A stretch of 63,964 bases of DNA, the filler included, from Octopus bimaculoides (lineage: Eukaryota): NCBI RefSeq assembly GCF_001194135.2. It is 4 parts of 3 records of this genome, joined end to end, with 100 filler letters (N's around TTAATTAATTAA, not from the genome) between each part and the next. Parts side by side here need not be neighbours in the genome. Positions count along the whole stretch, not along the records: positions 52,036 to 62,806 come from NC_068985.1; positions 62,907 to 63,964 come from NW_026362008.1; 2 more parts are not named here. One strand, given 5' to 3'. This document shows, piece by piece, positions 53,091 to 63,964 of the stretch (position 1 is its first letter; each line of letters opens with the position of its first letter). The notes beneath the pieces were generated by a model. That model was not told the origin of the DNA. It did not search any database and saw nothing but the letters and a program-made list of their open reading frames with translations. The position numbers were made by a program, and so were the translations under genes.

Positions 53091-56000
53091 TTGCAAAATG
53101 TTGTTTTGTGTATATTCTGAGGAAGCACTACGACTTATCCATAAACATAATAACAACGGAAAAGAACGACTCAGATTTTTCACGAAAAACGATAAAACAT
53201 GAACACACAAAACAATGACAGTTGGCCATGTAAGTACCGTTGCATAGGTTTATGTAGTTGTTTTGCAATATTCCTAATGTAAAATCGTGTGTTGAAACAG
53301 ATATCGTTATATTTCGGGATGGTGATTTTTTTTGTTGCCAAATAAACGCACACGTACTATATATATTCGTTCTTCTATTGTTAATTTTGTTAATTTATGT
53401 CCGCTGTCTGGAAATCTTTCGTCATACACCTGTGACCTCTTCAGTTACTCTCCATCCCACGTGTTTCCTCCTCTTCTGGTTTAGTCCATTCTTTCTTTCT
53501 ATGATGCGTCACACCACAGAAAGACAAAATGGGCTAAACTTAGAGGATGTCAATTTTTGCTAACTTTAGTTTCTCTCCTGTTAGCTTTTCTCTAAAGAAA
53601 GTGATGCTATCGAGACCGTGGACTTTTCCACTACCCACGGCAAGTTCACTGTACTCCTTTTATCGATTTTACCCTATGTAGATACAGGTCAGCTTCAGAA
53701 AAAGAAGAAAACAGATGCAGGTTTTGCCCTAAATGACAATGCTTCCTTGCCAGAGAAACTCTTTGCGTTAAGATTGTTATGTCTCAAGCTACTGCTATCT
53801 AGCACCTTCGAATGATCTCTACTCAACCGCTACACAACTGCTACTCGACTGCCACTCAACACTCCTACCACGGCCAGACTACCTCTATTTATATGTCTTG
53901 GGAGATCCTACTTCTTCGCTTGGGGCCGTCGACACAACAAAGATCCAAGTAGAGAGTGATCCAGGATGTTATCGCCCCGCCCAACTCATCCACAAAAGTA
54001 AAACAAGAAAGAGCCGGGTTTCTTTTCTAGGCCATCAACGGACACGTTGGAAGAAACCATAGTCAATGTGTGACCTTGATTTGAAGAGATCATGTGGATG
54101 AATGCACTTAGTTTTTAAGATCCGGAAAAACGTAAGAAAACGGCGGAGATAATGCCTCACAAATATGTCCACAAGTACGTACTAGCTACAGAGGTTTTAA
54201 CTCATTGTGGGAGCAGAGAAGAAGGCAATCAGACTGATAATATATAATAGAAAACCTTGTTGTTATGTGAGTGAACGAAGAGTCCCATTAAGGGCTTTAT
54301 ATACAGAAAAAGTAAGAATGCAAAGGAAGCATGAAGGAGGCAAGCAATGCTAGAAGCAGCGAAAGAAATATTAGGCCCAAGAAACTGTTATTTCTAGACC
54401 CTTCCTGAATGTAACTCAGAGTATAGAGAAAGTTATTGTCTTTTGTAATACCAGGAACCGACGTTGGAGTGTAAGCTCTTTGAATAATGAAAATATTTCG
54501 TAAAGCAATGGAATTATCAAAGGATTATACAAATATTCTATTCTATCTCAACAAGGTCATGGAATTGCATTTACGAAGTTCCCCTCCGAGGCACAAGTCC
54601 GAGCAAGGTTGTTTATAGAAGTTCTGGGTTCAGTCCCACTGAGTGGTACCTTGGGCAAATGTGTTGTTATGGCCTCGGGCCGACCAAAGCCTTGTGAGTG
54701 GATTTGGTAGACGGAAACGGAAAGAAGTCCGTCGTATATATGTATATGTATATGTGTGTATGTATGTGTATATGTTTGTGTGTCTGTGTTTGTCCTCCCA
54801 ACATCGTTTGACAACTGATGGTGGTATATTTACGTCCCCGTAACTTAGCGTTTCGGCAAAAGAGACCGACAGAATAAGTACTAGGCTTACAAAGAATAAG
54901 TCCTGGGGTCGATTTACTCGACTAAAGGCGGTGCTCCAGCATGGCCGCAGTCAAATGACTGAAACAAGTAAATGAGTAAAAGAGTATACAACTGTGGATC
55001 GCCAGTTTGCTTATTTTATTTATAGACCCCTATAAAGACCTTACATGGACCCCCTCGGGTGATATGAACCTCGGTTGAGAATCAATGATTTAAATAATTA
55101 TTTAACTGTTTGTTTGATAAAACAGCTATGTTTATCGAAATCCCTTCCTCACCAATCACATCAGGACAGATAGGCAAATACGAAACAAGACTGGATTAGA
55201 GATTATATGAATTTGAAGAGGTCGCGAATGTTGGCGAAAGAACTAGATGATTGACAAATCTAGATGACTGATTGGTTAACCAAACGTTTAATCAAATAAT
55301 TAATTACTTAATTTAATAAATAGTTAGTCACATATCTCGTTAAAAACAACCCAAAGAAGTATAACAGAACCAGTGCGTGCGTATATTATTGGCACAATGA
55401 TCCTGTAGGGTAACAACAATATATGCTACATCTCGGGAGGTTGTATCTGTAATCTGAACGAAATGTTCTACAGATATTGTAAGTGCTAAAAAAAAAAAAA
55501 AGTATCCAATACGTATTCATTTTCAGAATATTTATGTAGACTATTATCATCAAATGAAATCAAAATTTACACTGGAAAGAGATAGAGCGTGTTATAAATA
55601 TCATTTGAGATATGTGAATATTATTTTCTCAGATTCCTGCCTTGTGGCATTTGCGTTTGTACCAGCAGGCATAGCAGCAAAGGTAAATATTTTGGCCTTC
55701 ATCGTTTCACCAGGGGACGAAAACAAAGGATACAGAGATAGAGTACACACACACACACACANNNNNNNNNNNNNNNNNNNNNNNNNNNNNNNNNNNNNNN
55801 NNNNNNNNNNNNNNNNNNNNNNNNNNNNNNNNNNNNNNNNNNNNNNNNNNNNNNNNNNNNNNNNNNNNNNNNNNNNNNNNNNNNNNNNNNNNNNNNNNNN
55901 NNNNNNNNNNNNNNNNNNNNNNNNNNNNNNNNNNNNNNNNNNNNNNNNNNNNNNNNNNNNNNNNNNNNNNNNNNNNNNNNNNNNNNNNNNNNNNNNNNNN

Positions 56001-57734
56001 NNNNNNNNNNNNNNNNNNNNNNNNNNNNNNNNNNNNNNNNNNNNNNNNNNNNNNNNNNNNNNNNNNNNNNNNNNNNNNNNNNNNNNNNNNNNNNNNNNNN
56101 NNNNNNNNNNNNNNNTATATATATATATATATATATATGAATAAATATTTACATACATACACACACATGCGTGTGTACGTGTGCATGCGCCCGCGCGTGC
56201 GTACGTTTGCATGTATGTAGTGGGGCGAAACGAGATCTTATCTGTCTGCAAAAACATATGTGCAACTTCTCACTTGCCAACAAGCTACAATAACAATGTC
56301 ACACAAACTAATGTGTAATGCGTTTACGTGGTAGCTCAAACAGCCAAAAATAGCACCCTAATCTCTATCAAATCACGCCTTATACTGTCTTACAAAAGAA
56401 AATAACCGCTGGATACTACAGTTCTGAATTTACCAAGTCAAAAGTATGAAAACCACAGCTAGAGTAACTGGCTGTGTGATAAGAAGCTTACGTCCTAACC
56501 ACACGGTTCCTAGTTCAGTCCTACTGCGTAGCAGTTTGAGCAAGTGACTTCTACTATAGCCTTGGGCCGACCAAAGCCTTGTAAGAGGAATTTGTAGACG
56601 GAAACTGAAAGAAGCCCGTCGTGTATCTTCGAAACGCCAGTGTTATAATGGTGGCAGCTGATGAAGGAAATGTTCTCTATGTGGCCTGTGTGTTTTCTGT
56701 ACTCTGTTTATCATTTTGTCCATGTTTTTTTTTTGCAACGTCATGTACCCAGATATGCATCTATATATACATGTAGATGAAGGTATGTACATACATGTAC
56801 ATATATATGCATATACTCTTATATATATATATATATNNNNNNNNNNNNNNNNNNNNNNNNNNNNNNNNNNNNNNNNNNNNNNNNNNNNNNNNNNNNNNNN
56901 NNNNNNNNNNNNNNNNNNNNNNNNNNNNNNNNNNNNNNNNNNNNNNNNNNNNNNNNNNNNNNNNNNNNNNNNNNNNNNNNNNNNNNNNNNNNNNNNNNNN
57001 NNNNNNNNNNNNNNNNNNNNNNNNNNNNNNNNNNNNNNNNNNNNNNNNNNNNNNNNNNNNNNNNNNNNNNNNNNNNNNNNNNNNNNNNNNNNNNNNNNNN
57101 NNNNNNNNNNNNNNNNNNNNNNNNNNNNNNNNNNNNNNNNNNNNNNNNNNNNNNNNNNNNNNNNNNNNNNNNNNNNNNNNNNNNNNNNNNNNNNNNNNNN
57201 NNNNNNNNNNNNNNNNNNNNNNNNNNNNNNNNNNNNNNNNNNNNNNNNNNNNNNNNNNNNNNNNNNNNNNNNNNNNNNNNNNNNNNNNNNNNNNNNNNNN
57301 NNNNNNNNNNNNNNNNNNNNNNNNNNNNNNNNNNNNNNNNNNNNNNNNNNNNNNNNNNNNNNNNNNNNNNNNNNNNNNNNNNNNNNNNNNNNNNNNNNNN
57401 NNNNNNNNNNNNNNNNNNNNNNNNNNNNNNNNNNNNNNNNNNNNNNNNNNNNNNNNNNNNNNNNNNNNNNNNNNNNNNNNNNNNNNNNNNNNNNNNNNNN
57501 NNNNNNNNNNNNNNNNNNNNNNNNNNNNNNNNNNNNNNNNNNNNNNNNNNNNNNNNNNNNNNNNNNNNNNNNNNNNNNNNNNNNNNNNNNNNNNNNNNNN
57601 NNNNNNNNNNNNNNNNNNNNNNNNNNNNNNNNNNNNNNNNNNNNNNNNNNNNNNNNNNNNNNNNNNNNNNNNNNNNNNNNNNNNNNNNNNNNNNAAGCAA
57701 TGCTAGGGGGACAAACACAGACACACAAACATAT

Positions 57735-57765
<31 letters not shown>

Positions 57766-58565
57766 CATATATTCGACGGACTTCTTTCAGTTTCCGTCTA
57801 CCAAATCCTCTCACAAGGCTTTGGTTGGCCCGAGGCTATAGTAGAAGACACTTGCCCCAGGTGCCATGCAGTGGGAATGAACCCGGAACCATGTGGTTGG
57901 TAAGCAAGCTACTTAGCACACAGTCACTCCTGCGCCAATGCACCACTGTGCATTGTTAGTTAACTTATCGACCCACAAACGTCCAAAACAAATTTGACTT
58001 CGGCGGTATTTGATCTCATGACGAAGAAAATTGGAACCAATATCGCAAAAGTCTTCAACGATTTCATCAATCCACTGCTTTTAATATAATTACATGTTCT
58101 ATAATATATACCTATAAATAAATAAGGGCATGCAAATATATTTATATGCATACAACGTAAGCCGAAACAAGCAGATTAGCGCACGCAAAACATGCTACCA
58201 TTCATACACGCACAAGCATATACAGAAACGCGCATACGTACGTATAGACATATAGATGCAAGCAAACATACATTTATACATATACATATACATAGATACC
58301 TACACGTATGCATAACATTCTTTAATCCAGCCGGGAAAGTAGCTGTAAGATACTTAATTGCATAGCCAGATTATACCCAAATGCGCTGTCTTAGCAATAG
58401 CCACTAGGGGGTCTTTGACAGCAGCAATTAGTTGTATAACGTTGATTGCTTATCAAACATAAACAACAGATGACATGCCTACACAGTGTTACGTCACTAT
58501 ATATATTTAGGGAGAAACAAAGACAGAGACAGAGAAGGATAGATAGCTAGAGAGAGGGAGAGAGA

Positions 58566-58607
<42 letters not shown>

Positions 58608-58619
58608 TAAGATAGATAA

Positions 58620-58662
<43 letters not shown>

Positions 58663-58959
58663 TACATACATACGTATACATATATATATATATATATATA
58701 ATGATGTAAATAAATGTATTATACATATGCTACAGATATAAATAATATACATACATATACGCACCATACACATACATACTTACGTATACTAACAAACAAA
58801 TATACATATATACATTTTATAAACACCCCCCACATACACACACGTACATTAAAACGTACGCGATTGATTAATACGCTACACTACATGCATCTATATACTT
58901 ACATACAAACATATATATTCCTACATTTACATACACGTAGACACGCCTCTTAACATATG

Positions 58960-58994
<35 letters not shown>

Positions 58995-59011
58995 CATGCA
59001 TAGACACACAA

Positions 59012-59042
<31 letters not shown>

Positions 59043-62000
59043 TGTATGTATGTATATCGGTAGGTAGGTAGGTAGGTGGGTAGGTAGGTAGGTAGGTAGG
59101 TTGGTGGGTAGGTAGGTAGATAGGTATATGCGCGTAAACTTACATGCCTATATGCATACAGACACAAGTGCTTCATGGAGAACTATCAGTGTATGACTAT
59201 CTGAAGCATTAAGCCCATAATCTGTACACAAGTAATTGAAATCAATTCCCTTAATAACATTACAAGTTCAACAAGTGAGCAGCAACTGGTGAGTTAGATA
59301 GATTGAAAGAAGGACCAAAGAAGTATGGACTGGACAACCTTTTATTAATAAAGCTTTTTGCGGGGTTGAAGTGAAAAGCAATCATTAACAACCTTTAATT
59401 AATTGGGATTTGGGGTGCAACGTATAATTTTGTGGTTATGGAGTTCGGGCCGTAATCATATTGTTTTGAATCCGAATCTGTTGCGGTCAATATAAGCAAG
59501 TGATTTCTTGGATTGATCGAATCTTTTAATTGGTTCAGGGGTTGTTAGCCGGCAGAATCGTTTGCACGCCGGACAAAATGCTTAGCGGCATTTTTCCCGG
59601 CTTTGTGTTCTGAGTGTTGCCCGGAGTTGCGGTGGAGTTCGACGAGCTGTCACCAGTAATCGAACACAAGGACTTGGAGCCTTTTAGGAAGGAATTTCAA
59701 CCATGTTTCGTGGTCTGCTACCACAACAGCTCCTTTATAGGATCCAGTTAGCTCAAGACATCATCAGGAGGAACCACGTCCGGTTTCGTGCCCTACTCCT
59801 CTACCGTTTTGACGTGGTGCCCCCCACCACACCTTTCGGAGGTGTCTTCAGCTCTGGTGTTGGGTGCATGTCTTCTTTCTTCTATTCCCTGGCTTCTTCG
59901 ATGCAGCATCAACGAGTGTCAGCGTTAAAAAAAAAAAGAGTAAAATTGTTTGGAAAAAAAAAGGAAGAAAAAAGAAGGAAAAAAAGGTGTTTTGTGTTAT
60001 TAAGAAAAAACAATAGAGAAAATGAACGATGGTAATAGAAATAGTGTATATAAACGTTCAAATGGTACTGCATGGTAATGGGGCCTATGCAGCCATTTCA
60101 TATCTTCATTATATAACATCTCATTGTCATTCGTTTTATGTTTTATATCCCCATTGTAATGTTGTGTCTGTCCTCGTAGTGTCCCCCCTCTGTGTTGTGG
60201 CCGTAAGTGCCGAATAAAGAAAATGTGTTCTGAGTGTAAATTTCGCCGAGTCCAACTTTACCTTGCATCCTTTCAGGGTTGATAAAATGAGTACCAGTCA
60301 ATCACTAGTATTTGAATCCTTTTGCCTATCTATCGTAGAAAGAGAGGGTTTATGGGGGTTGGCGTGAAAGGCGATTATAGAAGCCTTGTGGTTGTTTGGT
60401 TTGATAGTAAAAATAGTTTTTGACTTCGGTTCCCTGCCATTACAAATAAAATCACTTTAATGAAGAGCTTTACTCTTCTATCAGCAGCCATAGAATGTCT
60501 TATAAATTTTTTGTCAAATAACACAATATTCTAAGTAAAACTACAACGGAAATTTCTTATGTTATCAATTACTGCAACGGAATTTTCTTAAGATTGTTTT
60601 TGTGTGCCGTTATTTATTTTGACTCCAAATCCGATATCGTTTATAAAAATATCCTGCAGTTATATGGTAGGGTCTACAACAGCTAGAAGCTACACTATAA
60701 TCCATAATTTATAAATTGAAATTTTGAATAGCTAAAAAATATAGACAATGCTAAAAATATATATATATATATANNNNNNNNNNNNNNNNNNNNNNNNNNN
60801 NNNNNNNNNNNNNNNNNNNNNNNNNNNNNNNNNNNNNNNNNNNNNNNNNNNNNNNNNNNNNNNNNNNNNNNNNNNNNNNNNNNNNNNNNNNNNNNNNNNN
60901 NNNNNNNNNNNNNNNNNNNNNNNNNNNNNNNNNNNNNNNNNNNNNNNNNNNNNNNNNNNNNNNNNNNNNNNNNNNNNNNNNNNNNNNNNNNNNNNNNNNN
61001 NNNNNNNNNNNNNNNNNNNNNNNNNNNNNNNNNNNNNNNNNNNNNNNNNNNNNNNNNNNNNNNNNNNNNNNNNNNNNNNNNNNNNNNNNNNNNNNNNNNN
61101 NNNNNNNNNNNNNNNNNNNNNNNNNNNNNNNNNNNNNNNNNNNNNNNNNNNNNNNNNNNNNNNNNNNNNNNNNNNNNNNNNNNNNNNNNNNNNNNNNNNN
61201 NNNNNNNNNNNNNNNNNNNNNNNNNNNNNNNNNNNNNNNNNNNNNNNNNNNNNNNNNNNNNNNNNNNNNNNNNNNNNNNNNNNNNNNNNNNNNNNNNNNN
61301 NNNNNNNNNNNNNNNNNNNNNNNNNNNNNNNNNNNNNNNNNNNNNNNNNNNNNNNNNNNNNNNNNNNNNNNNNNNNNNNNNNNNNNNNNNNNNNNNNNNN
61401 NNNNNNNNNNATTACATCGACCCCAGTGAGTAACTGGTACTTAATTTATCGACCCCGAAAGGATGAAAGGCCAAGTCGACCTCGGCGGAATTTGAACTCA
61501 GAACGTAACGACAGACGAAATACCTATTTCGTTATTGCCCACAAGGGGCTAAACATAGAGGGAACAAACAAGAACAGACGAACGGATTAAGTCGATTACA
61601 TCGACCCCAGTGCGTAACTGGTACTTAATTTATCGACCCCGAAAGGATGAAAGGCAAAGTCGACCTCGGCGGAATTTGAACTCAGAACGTAACGGCAGAC
61701 GAAATACCGCTAAGCATTTCGCCCGACGTGCTAACGATTCTGCCAGCTCACCGCCTTAATTACGCTAATAATAGACACACGAGCTAGTTCTATTTGACTA
61801 AACAATTGATTAGTTGATTATTTAAATATTAAGTAATTGGCTAATGTGGAGGTGCATGGCTTAGCGGTAAAGGTGTTAATTCATAATCGTACGATTGTGG
61901 TTTCAGTTCCTGGACCGGGCAATACGTTGTGTTCTTGAGCAAAACACTTTATTTCACGTTGTTCCGGTCCACTCAGCTGGCAAAAATGAGTAATCCTGCG

Positions 62001-62772
62001 ATGGATCGGCTCGAGAAGGAAACATTTATTTTCTCTTTTATTTTAGTTGACTAATATTGGTTTCAAATTTTGGTACAAGGCCAGCAAGTTCGGGGAAGGA
62101 AGTAAGTCGATTACATCGCTCCCGCAGTACACGACTGATACTTAATTTGGACTAATTGACTAATATTAATAGCAGAAGTAAAATAAAATCAGTGGGTGTG
62201 TTTATTGTTGGTACAATTTGAACCCTCCCCTCGTCAGATTCACCGAATCTATTTCAATACCTTCGTGTGCACTCGGTCGTGCGAAAACCTGTGGCTGTGG
62301 AAGTACTCCTGGACATGGGTTCTGCGATGCGATGATGTTATTCATAGCCCAGTGTACCGCACGCATTGTGAGGAGAACTTTCGCCCGGAATTATTTCCGC
62401 AGCGAAGGATCTTCCCTCATCTTTGTGTACACGAATGTGTTAACTATGATTGTACACAATATAATTTTATTTCGTGTGATCCTAGTTCTTTAATTCCAGC
62501 TTGACCAAGTTTTATCAAATGTCCTGTTTGCTATTATTATATATAAGACTTTTGTTCTTATAGGGTTGTGAAAAATGAATTCGGTATTCATAGCTTGCAC
62601 AGTCACACCCAGGCAGGGTGTGACTGTGTGGTAAGAAGATTGCTTCCCAACCATATGGTTCCAGGTTCAGTCCCACTGAGTGGTACCTTGGGCAAATGTG
62701 TTCTCTTATGGCCTCGGGCCGACCAAAGCCTTGTGAGTAGATTTGGTTGACAGAAACAGAAACAAGCCCGTC

Positions 62773-62806
<34 letters not shown>

Positions 62807-62929
62807 NNNNNNNNNNNNNNNNNNNNNNNNNNNNNNNNNNNNNNNNNNNNTTAATTAATTAANNNNNNNNNNNNNNNNNNNNNNNNNNNNNNNNNNNNNN
62901 NNNNNNTTTGATGTTTCATGCATGCGTAG

Positions 62930-63964
62930 AATTCCACTGAAATAACAAACGTCAAAAACATCAGACCACCACCAGAAAACCCAACATGCAAGAAACAATA
63001 GCTAAACAACATGATTTCTGAAAAAACTTCCCCACTTTCAAAAAAAGCTAAAAGTGAGGCAATCAGTTTTTAGCTTTTTGAAAGTGGGGAGGTGATGGGT
63101 GGAGGTTGAGGAAGGGGATTTGAGTGTTTCTTTAAGGGGTGGGGAGGCGGAGTGCAAATGTCACCTCCGACATGCTAGAAACAACAGCTAAATTTCTGAA
63201 AATACTTCCTTTTAAGTTTATATTGAAGATCAGGTTTTTAAATACACTCATCACAAACACGAATTACAAAATAAAAGGTTATTTCAATTGAAGTTGAGTT
63301 GTAATTTTGTGCATGCACACAGCAAGAAATACATAATTTGTACTTAAGTATTACCTAGCTCAGCTTCAACTGAAATAGCCTTTTTTTATTTTGTAATTTG
63401 TGTTTGTGATGAGCTTATTTAAAAACCTGGTTTTTGATATAATCTTAAAAGGAAGTTTTTTCAGAAATTGTGTCATTTAGCTGTTGTTTCTAGCATGTCG
63501 AAGGCGACATTTGTGCTCCCCACCACCATCACCACCACTTTTTTTTTCCCAAAATTTCTTTGGATTCCAATGTTTTCAACATAGATTAGGATTTTGCCCC
63601 AAAAACATGTTTTAAAATTTTAATTTCCTCCCACCCCACCTCAATTTTTAAAATTTTAAACTTTTTTCAAAATTTTTGTTTGTAATCCACATAGAAAAAT
63701 ACAGAAATTACAAATCCTTAAGAATTAAAAAAAAATTTTTTTCTTCCCCTCTTTCAAAAAGCTAAAAACTCCAAATGTTTCACTTTCAGCATTTTTGAAA
63801 GCGGGGAAGTTTTTCAGAAATCGTGTCATTTAGCTGTTGTTTCTAGCATGTCGAAGGCGACATTTGTGCTCCCCACCACCATCACCACCACTTTTTTTTT
63901 CCCAAAATTTCTTTGGATTCCAATGTTTTCAACATAGATTAGGATTTTGCCCCAAAAACATGTT
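62930..63964. repeat. Modular repeat with 353-bp-period direct duplication and inverted modules
   Basis: 63470-63611 is repeated identically at 63823-63964; 63157-63210 is an inverted copy of the ggaag...gacatt module. Confidence 0.75.

Noticed and set aside
53400-54500. Complex sequence that might be coding
   Set aside because: No sustained frame or splice pattern; likely an old LINE relic that I cannot classify.
59703-60035. 110-aa plus ORF
   Set aside because: Ends in poly-A-derived Lys runs; the minus strand has only faint RTE-like words (ELLW...HG); no gene support.

Overview
AT-rich, microsatellite- and SINE-dense animal genomic DNA with many N-gaps. The repeat families suggest an Octopus-type cephalopod assembly (inference). 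Two intron-rich genes lie in tandem on the minus strand. (1) Alkylglycerol monooxygenase (AGMO): 8 coding exons from 50721 to 27053, 313 codons in one continuous frame; I could not find the expected C-terminal exons. (2) Cystathionine beta-synthase (CBS): 8 coding exons from 17073 to 1020, 298 codons, with heme Cys/His ligands, PLP lysine and GTGGT loop; it continues past the window start. The rest is transposon-derived: several RTE-clade LINE lineages (one with a PHD-type finger after the RT domain), a CRE-clade RT fragment abutting an inverted-repeat element with inward-facing telomere-like arrays, a Hero-like RLE tail, hAT- and piggyBac-type MITEs, and at least three tRNA-derived SINE families. 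Assembly artefacts include an Illumina adapter and TTAATTAATTAA gap linkers. Exon coordinates were derived by hand from splice sites and frame continuity; repeat boundaries are approximate. No searches were run, so family names rest on recognised motifs. I found no clear novel multi-gene system; the strongest leads are the CRE/telomere-like composite, the PHD-bearing RTE and the missing AGMO 3' end.
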